DNA of 34,037 nt from Leptolyngbyaceae cyanobacterium. Lineage in GTDB: Bacteria; Cyanobacteriota; Cyanobacteriia; Phormidesmidales; Phormidesmidaceae. This document shows, piece after piece, positions 19,651 to 28,069 of the stretch. The first letter of the stretch is position 1, and each line of letters begins with the position of its first letter. The notes under the pieces are model-generated. The model was given only the letters and a program-made list of their open reading frames with translations, was not told the DNA's origin and ran no database searches. The DNA lies in assembly GCA_050331235.1 (NCBI GenBank), contig JBHJHA010000052.1:1-34037 (forward strand). The letters run 5' to 3'. Made by a program: the position numbers and the translations under genes.

Positions 19651-20430
19651 TCAGCCAGTAGCAGGTGCTGCCGATCTTGTTCCAGCTTGAGAGCCGGGTT
19701 TCTCAAAAAACAGAAGATGTTGCTGTGGCAACGACTCATCGGTCTTTAGCCACTGCAAACCAACCGCTGACAGTTCTCGCTTGACCTGTCGCTCACTCAT
19801 TTTGTGTAGGCGTTTGATTAAGACTAGCGGATTCTCCGCGCGATACTCCGCTAGGACAACCCGCCCGCCTGGTTTCAGCGCTTGACTGAGCTGCCTCATC
19901 ATTTCGTAGGGAAACTCAAACTCGTGGTAAGCATCCACCATGAGCGCCAGATCAATGCTGGCCGTTGGCAAATGAGGATTAGCCGCGTCGCCCAAGACCA
20001 GATCCACCGCCGCGGCAACCGGCTCCTCTTGCAGTCGTTGGTCCAGCAAATCCAACATTTCCGGCTGTACATCCACCGCATATACCTGACCCTGGGGCAC
20101 CGCCGCCGCGAGGCGTACGGTCATGTAGCCAGTACCCGCCCCTAGGTCAGCGACCACCGCATCGGGCGAGAGGTCCAGCCGATCAACCACGATTTGCGGA
20201 TGCTCTTGGAGCACGCGGCTCGGGCGCTCTAACCAGTAAGCACCCTGATGCCCCATCACTTGGGCAATTTCTCGGCCCATGTAAACCTTGCCGATGCCGT
20301 CTTGACTGGGTTGCTGAAAGTGGTAACCCTGATCGTGCTCGAACATCGCCCTGCCCTGGCAGGCCATCAAACTCAGGCACAGTATGCCGACCAATAGGCT
20401 GCGCCAGCCTCTCCCAAAACTACATGACAT
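19651..20430 (-). CDS. Class I SAM-dependent methyltransferase with lipoprotein-like signal
   Basis: VADLGAGTGY, YAVDVQPEM, VDAYHEF, LKPGGRV; N-terminal LLVGILCLSLMAC. Start could be 20436. Confidence 0.88.
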   Translation of the reverse strand: MSCSFGRGWRSLLVGILCLSLMACQGRAMFEHDQGYHFQQPSQDGIGKVYMGREIAQVMGHQGAYWLERPSRVLQEHPQIVVDRLDLSPDAVVADLGAGTGYMTVRLAAAVPQGQVYAVDVQPEMLDLLDQRLQEEPVAAAVDLVLGDAANPHLPTASIDLALMVDAYHEFEFPYEMMRQLSQALKPGGRVVLAEYRAENPLVLIKRLHKMSERQVKRELSAVGLQWLKTDESLPQQHLLFFEKPGSQAGTRSAAPATG

Positions 20431-20506
20431 AGGCATTTCCCAAAGCTCACACTCCCAGCTTAAAGGCTTGCCAAGATTTGCGAGAGGCCACTGCACAACG
20501 TATGGA

Positions 20507-21694
20507 TTAGTCGCCCTCCGGAGAAGGACTTGAGGGAGCAGCGCTGGCTATTTGACTAACAAACTCATAAATATTGAGCTGGGTTCTTTTGCCCCGAGGG
20601 GTGACCAGATCTAGCCAGCGAAACTGAAAATCATGGTCTGTAGGTAAGCGATCCATGACCGTTTCGCTAACAATGACCGATCGCTGATAAACCTTAGTGA
20701 GATTTTCTAACCGGCAGGCCGTATTGACCACATCTCCCACAACGGTGGTATCCATACGCTGATTGGCCCCGACGGTACCAATGAGACCGATGCCTGCATG
20801 TAACCCGATGCCTATACGAATGGGATCTACCAGGTCAAACCGATGACGATCGCCATTGAACCGCGTTAGGGAGCGGCAAATGTCGTCCGTTGCAGTTACC
20901 GCATCCAAAGCATGGGTAGCCTCGCGGTCAAACACGGCCATGACCGCATCTCCCATGTACTTATCGATAAAGCCATGATTTTTCATCACCGCCTGGTTGA
21001 TATTTTCAAAAAATACATTGAGCCAGGCAAAGGTATCACGGGCTTTTTGCATTTCCGCGATCGCCGTAAATTCGCGAATATCGCAGAATAAAACGGTCAT
21101 CTCTGACTCGTAAGCATTACCCACCTTTAGAGACTCGACCCCGCGGGGAGCCACCCGAGCCAAAAACTGCGGCGGCACAAAGGAATAGAACTTTTCTGAT
21201 AGCGCTTCGCTGATTCTCCAAGCGGCAGCGATTTGCCGCTGGTGTTGAGCTTCAATGCGAGCCATTTGGTGGGTCTGCGCAGTCAATTCACTCTGTAGCC
21301 TGCGATCGCGGATTTCCTTGAGCTTGAGGGTGCGATGAATCTTTTTCAACACCAGATCAATTTGAATCGGCTTAGTCAGGTAATCATCACCCATGACCTC
21401 TAAGCCTTTGATCTGAGAGATGTCATCGTCGAGGGCGGTGAGAAAGATGATAGGAATTGTCGCAGTTCGCGGATTTTGTCGAATCTGCTCACATACCTCG
21501 AAGCCAGTCATGTCAGGCATCATTACGTCGAGCAAAATTAGCTGAGGGGGCGTCTGAGTCGCGATCGCCAGTGCCTCAGTTCCCGAAAGCGTTTGTTGAA
21601 CGGCGTATCCCTCTGCCTCCAACAGCTCTGTCATCAAATATAAATTCTCTGGTTCATCATCAACCAAGAGAATTGAAGGCATGGGTGAGGTCAT
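20507..21694 (-). CDS. Receiver domain plus class III adenylate cyclase
   Basis: REC: LLVDDE, LLDVMMP, FLTA, LTKP. Cyclase: FCDIREFT, DKYMGDAVM, TVVGDVVNTACRLE. Confidence 0.92.
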   Translation of the reverse strand: MTSPMPSILLVDDEPENLYLMTELLEAEGYAVQQTLSGTEALAIATQTPPQLILLDVMMPDMTGFEVCEQIRQNPRTATIPIIFLTALDDDISQIKGLEVMGDDYLTKPIQIDLVLKKIHRTLKLKEIRDRRLQSELTAQTHQMARIEAQHQRQIAAAWRISEALSEKFYSFVPPQFLARVAPRGVESLKVGNAYESEMTVLFCDIREFTAIAEMQKARDTFAWLNVFFENINQAVMKNHGFIDKYMGDAVMAVFDREATHALDAVTATDDICRSLTRFNGDRHRFDLVDPIRIGIGLHAGIGLIGTVGANQRMDTTVVGDVVNTACRLENLTKVYQRSVIVSETVMDRLPTDHDFQFRWLDLVTPRGKRTQLNIYEFVSQIASAAPSSPSPEGD

Positions 21695-21777
21695 GGAAAC
21701 ACATTTGCAAGCGGTAATGGATGGGTAGATGTCGGCCCTCAGTGGACGGGCAGTCCGGACGGGATTAATCACAGCCC

Positions 21778-24009
21778 TTAGAGATGTGGTACCCGGACTA
21801 AACTTCGAGCTTTTTGCAGCAGCAAATCAAAATCAATGGGCTTAGTCACGTAATCATTCGCTCCTGCAGTTAGACAGCGATCGCGATCGCCTGGCATCGC
21901 CATCGCTGTCACCGCAATAATGGGAATTGGCTGCCAGATCGGGTGTTGCCGCAGCGCTCGAAGGAGCTGTAGGCCATCGATACCAGGCAGCTGAATATCG
22001 AGCAAAATCAGCCCGGGGCGAGACTTTTCGGTGATCAAGCCCGAATGGATGGCGTCCATCATCACTTGACCATCCTCGATCAAATCCACGCTAAAGCCTT
22101 CGATCTCTAGCATTTCCGTAATCAGCGCTTGGTTATAGGGCTGATCTTCGACCACTAAGACGCGTAGTTCAGAGGGGGTATCTGCTGCGTGACTATCGGC
22201 AAGATTAGTCGCGTCATTGGCGGTAGCAGCCGTTGCGGCAATCGCATCGTATGTCTGTCGAAGTTCCTGGCTGTTGCGCAGTTCATTCAGCGGCAACCAG
22301 ATACAAAATGTACTGCCAACGGCCGTATCTCGTTTCAAAGACACGGTGCCACCGTGCATCTCCGCTAAACGCTTAGTCAGGGCCAGGCCTAAACCAGTGC
22401 CCTCATGGCGGCGGGTCAACGAGGCATCGATTTGCTGAAACGGCCGAAAGAGCAGATGGCGTTTTTCTTCAGGAATGCCGATGCCGGTATCTTCAACCGC
22501 GATCCGCAGATAGGGAGTACTGATATTGACCGTGCTGCCATCGGGTCGAAAATCTTCGAGCAACTGGCCGCCATAGGCCAGCATCACCGATAAGCGCACC
22601 TTTCCCTGTTCCGGCGTGAACTTGATGGCATTGGACAACAAATTAATCATCATTTGCTGCACTCGACGGGCGTCAACATTGACCCGATCCACGCGATAGT
22701 CGAGCTCGAGGGACAGCAACAGGCGCTTGCGATCGGCGCGGGGCTGCACCATACTCAGGCACTCGCGACACAAATCCTGAACGGAGACATTCTGCAGATT
22801 GAGATCAAACTTACCGGACTCAATTTTGGATAAATCGAGGATGTCGTTGATGAGATTCAGCAAATGCTCACCGCTGCGGTGAATCGCCTTAATATGTCCG
22901 ACTTTACGTTCTTCACCTTCGCCTAGCTGCTTGAGCATGAGCTCCGAAAACCCAAGCACGCTATTGAGGGGCGTTCGCAACTCGTGGGACATCGACGCCA
23001 AAAACTCAGACTTCATCCGAGACGCCTGCTCTAAGTCTTGGTTGATGCGCTGGAGACGAGCCTGGGACTGAGCTCGCTCGATCGCTGCTCCCAGAGTCCG
23101 GCAGGCGGCCAGCAACATATCTTGCTGAGGAGCTTCCTGGAGCTTTTGCAGCGATCGCGACTCCAGAGTTACCACGCCAATAATATTGCCCTTAGCAGCA
23201 GGAATGGGGAAGATTCCCAACTGACCAATGCCGGGATGTCGAAACCCTGGCACAGCGTGGGGATGGTTCATATAGTCTTCGACAAAAACAGGCTTACCAG
23301 TGTCGACGACTTCCCATAGCAGCCCTTGACCATGGCTTACTCCCTGGCCCAATACGGTTTCCATTTCCGCGACGACCGGCTTACCGTAGGTCGCAATGAA
23401 TTCGCCAGAAATTTGGTTCGTCAGGGGGCTAGCAGTGCGGTTTTGCCCCTGACCGCTAATCACCTTGACATCGCCAAACGCCGCCCCCATCGCCTCAACC
23501 AGGTAGCTGAGAGCAAACTCACCAATTTCCTTGAGGTTGTCTGAGGTTTGCAGCTTTTCGGTCAGCCCCAATAAAAATCGGAGACGACGCACTTCATCTG
23601 CCAGCTGATTTTGGACCTGCCGCTCGTTGGTCAAATCACGCAAAATCAACAGCTGACCATGGTTGGAAGTCGGCGTGATGTAGAGCTCGAGGTAAGTCTG
23701 ATTAGCCTGCTGTAGTGGAATTGCCTGCCCCCGTGGCTCTGTCATGTTGCACTGGGCTAGCACTTCGTCGCGCTGGTGGGCTGACCAAAAGGACTTAGCA
23801 ACCAATTGGTCCAAAATCTCAATCAGCTTCGGGCGCTGACCCAGCCAATCGGCTGGGAGTCCGCACAAATCTTTGAATTTCTCATTAAACAGCGTTAAGC
23901 GGCGCTCAGTATTGAAAAGCGCGATCGCATCATCGACTCGATTAAGAATCAGTGCCTGCTCATCCGACTCGAGTTCAAAAGTAAACGGATGAGTATCCCG
24001 TGCGTCCAT
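21778..24009 (-). CDS. Hybrid sensor histidine kinase (PAS-like, GAF, HisKA, HATPase, REC)
   Basis: SHELRTPL, NLLSNAIKFT, DTGIGI, GTGLGL; REC VVED...LLDIQLP...TKP. No TM segment seen. Confidence 0.95.
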   Translation of the reverse strand: MDARDTHPFTFELESDEQALILNRVDDAIALFNTERRLTLFNEKFKDLCGLPADWLGQRPKLIEILDQLVAKSFWSAHQRDEVLAQCNMTEPRGQAIPLQQANQTYLELYITPTSNHGQLLILRDLTNERQVQNQLADEVRRLRFLLGLTEKLQTSDNLKEIGEFALSYLVEAMGAAFGDVKVISGQGQNRTASPLTNQISGEFIATYGKPVVAEMETVLGQGVSHGQGLLWEVVDTGKPVFVEDYMNHPHAVPGFRHPGIGQLGIFPIPAAKGNIIGVVTLESRSLQKLQEAPQQDMLLAACRTLGAAIERAQSQARLQRINQDLEQASRMKSEFLASMSHELRTPLNSVLGFSELMLKQLGEGEERKVGHIKAIHRSGEHLLNLINDILDLSKIESGKFDLNLQNVSVQDLCRECLSMVQPRADRKRLLLSLELDYRVDRVNVDARRVQQMMINLLSNAIKFTPEQGKVRLSVMLAYGGQLLEDFRPDGSTVNISTPYLRIAVEDTGIGIPEEKRHLLFRPFQQIDASLTRRHEGTGLGLALTKRLAEMHGGTVSLKRDTAVGSTFCIWLPLNELRNSQELRQTYDAIAATAATANDATNLADSHAADTPSELRVLVVEDQPYNQALITEMLEIEGFSVDLIEDGQVMMDAIHSGLITEKSRPGLILLDIQLPGIDGLQLLRALRQHPIWQPIPIIAVTAMAMPGDRDRCLTAGANDYVTKPIDFDLLLQKARSLVRVPHL

Positions 24010-24648
24010 ATCTGCCCAGTTATCAATTAACTCTCAAAGAACCGTGTGTTTTTAAGTTGCCCATCGCCATGCGCCCCCTCTGCCATGACAACTCATCAGA
24101 CAATCTCGATGTACTCCACCATGCGATACCCCTTTCTCCGCAGAAGATCGCCTACTCTCAGGAAATCCGCTGTAAACCCGTGGCTTTTCTTGGAACTTAT
24201 AGATCTCTTGCCGGATCTCTGGAAATACCTATATTCTCAGCGGACCTTGACAGAATTTGCTCATCCGTCACCTCCGAGGCATCTGTCAGAGGGCGCCATA
24301 CGGGGCTTGCATCATCCATATACTAAGTTCAGGGCAATTCGGCTCAAAAGCATCCCTCTAAGGTCACATTGATTGCCCGTAAAAACACGGTTTCTAAGTA
24401 TGTGTCCAAAACCAGACGATACCCGTAATTTCTATAGCCCGCCGAGCGATCGCCGGTCCTCAACAGTATTCTACTAGGACATTTATCACCATCCCGAAAG
24501 ATCCGTAGGCATCTTTTCTGCCTAGCGAGACGTGGCCATCGTTGCCGCTAGCCAACCCCGGCAATTAAGCTTTCATAAACGCTTTACTTGCTACGATTGA
24601 GCGGTTTTGTCGTATTCAGCTACTAGCCCTGCAGTTGAGGAATGTGCT

Positions 24649-25932
24649 GTGAGCTTTGCAACCCGAGTCCGAAATTCTATCAAGGCGCTGGCGTCACCCA
24701 CGGTTGATGATCAGGTATTTGACGTTGCTACCTTCGATAGCTCCGTCATGAAAACCTATGGTCGGTTTCCCATTGCGCTCACTCGCGGGCGAGGCTGTCA
24801 CGTTTGGGATACCGATGGCCGCGAATATTTAGATTTTGTCGCGGGGATTGCCACCTGTACATTGGGCCACGGGCATCCCAGTCTCATCGAAGCAGTCAAC
24901 CATCACATCCAAAAACTGCACCATGTTTCTAACCTTTATTACATTCCAGAGCAGGGCAAGCTTGCCCATTGGCTGACCCAGCATTCCTGCGCAGACAAGG
25001 TTTTTTTCTGTAACTCTGGGGCGGAAGCCAACGAAGCCGCTATCAAGCTGGCGAGGAAATATGCCCACGTGAAGCGCGGCATCGAGCAACCTGTCGTGCT
25101 GACGGCGAATGCAAGCTTTCACGGGCGCACATTGGCCACGATTACCGCCACAGGGCAACCCAAGTATCAAAAGAATTTTGCGCCGCTCGTACCCGGTTTC
25201 CATTACGTTCCCTACAACGATGTTGATGGGCTCAAGGCAGCGATCGCCGAACTCGACCGCGACCAGCCACAAGTGGGGGCCATTTTGTTAGAACCTCTGC
25301 AAGGGGAGGGGGGCGTCAATCCTGGCGATCAGGCTTACTTTCAAGCGGTGCGTCAGCTCTGCTATGAGACAGGCATCTTACTCATCTTGGATGAAGTGCA
25401 GGTCGGAGTCGGGCGCACAGGTAAATTATGGGGCTACGAAAATCTGGGCATTGAACCAGATGTTTTCACCTTGGCCAAGGGACTCGGGGGAGGAATTCCC
25501 ATCGGGGCGATGCTCTGCAAGTCTAGCTGCGACATTTTTGAACCCGGCGACCATGCCAGTACCTTCGGCGGCAATCCATTTGTGTGCGGCGTCGCACTTT
25601 CGGTGTGTCAAACCCTGATGCGCGATCGCCTGATTGACAACGCCCAAACCCGAGGAGCAGAACTGCGGACTGGGCTGGACCAAATCGCCCAGCAGTCGCC
25701 TCAGCTATTTTCAGGAGTGCGCGGCTGGGGTTTGATCAATGGTCTCATCGTCAACCCTGAGGCAACCATCAAATCTATTGATGTGGTTAAAGCGGCTATG
25801 GAAAACGGCCTCTTAGTCGTCCCTGCAGGTCCTGGCGTAGTCCGCTTTGTGCCGCCGCTGACTGTTACCGCCGCCGAAATCGAACAGGCTCTGAAGCGGT
25901 TGCAAGCCGCGATCGCCTCCCTCAAATCCTAG
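24649..25932 (+). CDS. argD: Acetylornithine aminotransferase
   Basis: YLDFVAGIA, NSGAEANE, FHGRT, EPLQGEGG, DEVQ, LAKGLGGG, HASTFGGNP. GTG start at 24649 with GAGGA upstream. Confidence 0.93.
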   Translation: MSFATRVRNSIKALASPTVDDQVFDVATFDSSVMKTYGRFPIALTRGRGCHVWDTDGREYLDFVAGIATCTLGHGHPSLIEAVNHHIQKLHHVSNLYYIPEQGKLAHWLTQHSCADKVFFCNSGAEANEAAIKLARKYAHVKRGIEQPVVLTANASFHGRTLATITATGQPKYQKNFAPLVPGFHYVPYNDVDGLKAAIAELDRDQPQVGAILLEPLQGEGGVNPGDQAYFQAVRQLCYETGILLILDEVQVGVGRTGKLWGYENLGIEPDVFTLAKGLGGGIPIGAMLCKSSCDIFEPGDHASTFGGNPFVCGVALSVCQTLMRDRLIDNAQTRGAELRTGLDQIAQQSPQLFSGVRGWGLINGLIVNPEATIKSIDVVKAAMENGLLVVPAGPGVVRFVPPLTVTAAEIEQALKRLQAAIASLKS

Positions 25933-25960
25933 ATTTCCTGAATTTCTCAATCACCTGCAA

Positions 25961-25992
25961 AGAGCCGCTGATGCATGAACATCAGCGGCTCT
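25961..25992. terminator. 13-bp hairpin between convergent argD and repeat-cassette gene
   Basis: AGAGCCGCTGATG / CATCAGCGGCTCT. Confidence 0.6.
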
Positions 25993-26025
25993 CTCAACCT
26001 GACCATCGGCGAAGCTGACAACGCT

Positions 26026-27705
26026 TTACGCCAGCGCTCTGGCTTCGAGGTAGCCGTAAAGGGTGAAATGCTCGATACCACTACCGAGGATGCCACTTTT
26101 TACGGCGGCGGCCACATCGGCGTTAGCTGCGAGATAAGCGCCCTCATCCCACTCGCTGTTGGGCGATCGCCCCTCTTTGATACCGAAGTGATTAAAGTGG
26201 TCCAACCCGCTTTCAAAGATGCCAGCATCGACGGCGGCCTTTACATCGGTATAAATAGATAGGTAATACCCCTCTTGGAAGAAGGCCTTTTTACCAGACA
26301 GGCGACCTTCGGCAGCCCCGGCTTTGACAAAATGCTCAAAGGCACTCTTGAATCCCCCAGCTTTAATAGCAGCAAACACATCGGGATTATTGAGCAAATA
26401 ATCTTGAGAATCGAACTCAGTGCTCGGGCTGCGGTTTTCGATGTGACCGTAAAGCAAGAAATGCTCCAGGCCGCTTTTGAAAATACCGGCTTGCACCGCA
26501 CTTCTCACGTCAGAATGTTGCGCCAAATAGAAAGACTCATTGTAAAAAACGCTGGGAATGCGGCCTTCGTCTAAGCCAAAGGTGACAAAGTGATCGTAGC
26601 CGGTGGCAAATTCACCACGTTTGACGGCTGCCGCCACGTCCGAATACTGCTGCAAGTAGTAGTACTCATCAAAAAAGCCTCCCAGCGGAATGCTGTTGAT
26701 CTCAAAGGTCGGCGAAGCCACTGGCTGATTGATGACAATGGTTTGCGAGACGATTTGAGTGACCTGGGTAAAGCTAAAAACGAAGGGATAATTGAAGCTA
26801 ACGCTGACCACATCGGGGGTCGTAATGCTGATGTCGCCCAGGGTGAACTCAGCATGGGCCTGGTCGGTGTTATCGCCCAAAAACAGTAAGTTCTTGAGGT
26901 CATAGGGCGAGGCCGGCAGTGGCGGGTTGCTCGTGGCCGGATTGAAGTTATAGTCCCGTAGGTCGCCCGAAAGAATATTAGTGCCATCGACGGAGAGGAC
27001 ATACTTACTGTCCTGAACCGCTAGGGAATAGGTCTTTTGGGTACTAAAGTCGAGGGTCGTACCGGCGGTGTCTTCCGCTTCGGTGAAGTTAGTAGACTGG
27101 GCAAAGACGCGATCGCCCCCGCGCTTGGTAAAGCCTAGCTCGATCTCTTTGGTAGGGTCATTGGTGACCAACACCAAGCTAAAACCAGCTCGGTTAGTGT
27201 TGCTGTCTTCCTCTGAAATCGCCAAATCAAACGAAAGGGTGAACCCTAAGGTCGGATCGAGCACCGGGAAATTTGCGGTCGTAGTTTCAAAGGTGGGTGC
27301 ATTGAGAATTGAGTTGACATCGACCGTATTGTTCTGAATGCTCGCGAGGTCAATCCCCTCCAGCCCCTTGGCCGTGTAGTTGGTAAAACCAGCATAGCCA
27401 GTCTTATCGTCTGCTGTCGTTTGCGTGGGTGGCTCTATTTCCAGAACAAAAGGAGACAGCGTCGCGATATCGGCCTGAGTCAGATTGTTGAACCCGGTCC
27501 CCTCAGTGTCTAGCTTCGTGCCACTAGCGTTTTGGACAGCATTGCTCAGGAGGTTCGGCACACCGCTGACAATGGCAAATCCGCTTGCCGCAGTTGCCGA
27601 GGGCACCACATAAACGGGAGCTGTGGGTAATTGCTGATAGTCAAGAAAATTAAACGCTTCAATATCGACGTTGATGGATGGATCGTAGAGCGTCGTTAAA
27701 GGCAT
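26026..27705 (-). CDS. Putative surface protein: choice-of-anchor Y-like N-domain plus five C-terminal repeats
   Basis: GFTLSFDLAI...NRAGFSLVL...EIELGF...LFLGDNT resembles choice-of-anchor Y (recognition, not searched). Repeat cassette at 26029-26673. Confidence 0.78.
   Translation of the reverse strand: MPLTTLYDPSINVDIEAFNFLDYQQLPTAPVYVVPSATAASGFAIVSGVPNLLSNAVQNASGTKLDTEGTGFNNLTQADIATLSPFVLEIEPPTQTTADDKTGYAGFTNYTAKGLEGIDLASIQNNTVDVNSILNAPTFETTTANFPVLDPTLGFTLSFDLAISEEDSNTNRAGFSLVLVTNDPTKEIELGFTKRGGDRVFAQSTNFTEAEDTAGTTLDFSTQKTYSLAVQDSKYVLSVDGTNILSGDLRDYNFNPATSNPPLPASPYDLKNLLFLGDNTDQAHAEFTLGDISITTPDVVSVSFNYPFVFSFTQVTQIVSQTIVINQPVASPTFEINSIPLGGFFDEYYYLQQYSDVAAAVKRGEFATGYDHFVTFGLDEGRIPSVFYNESFYLAQHSDVRSAVQAGIFKSGLEHFLLYGHIENRSPSTEFDSQDYLLNNPDVFAAIKAGGFKSAFEHFVKAGAAEGRLSGKKAFFQEGYYLSIYTDVKAAVDAGIFESGLDHFNHFGIKEGRSPNSEWDEGAYLAANADVAAAVKSGILGSGIEHFTLYGYLEARALA
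26029..26673 (-). repeat. Five tandem ~43-aa coding repeats (cassette copy 3)
   Basis: Units begin FDEYYYL, YNESFYL, FDSQDYL, FQEGYYL, WDEGAYL. Confidence 0.9.
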
Positions 27706-28069
27706 AATCCAGCGACTCCAGGTATAAAATTTACAATGACCAAGATCAGGTTAATCAGGGCTTGGCATCGATATGGGCCTGCCATACCAGTTAAATAAGT
27801 GCTCACTCGCGGGAACTTTGGCAGTAGCAATACGCATCAAGCGTCAGTCTAGAAAAATACCCTAGTGATTACCCGCAGACAAAAAGTTCCCAAAATTGCT
27901 CTAATGATCGCGATCGCCCCTCAGTGATCAGCCGGAGAGCTGTCATCCCCTCGGCAACAAATACTCCGGGCCCTTCGTCCCAGCTGCGCATACTTCAGTC
28001 TTCAATCTAGGGCTGCCTACTTGTTTCAGTCATTCTGGCCAGAGATCGCGACCCCCCTCCCTTAACCGC

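Noticed and set aside
24000..24372. Two overlapping 108-aa + strand ORFs between the kinase and argD
   Set aside because: No recognisable motifs or RBS; they lie in the kinase upstream region and are probably spurious.
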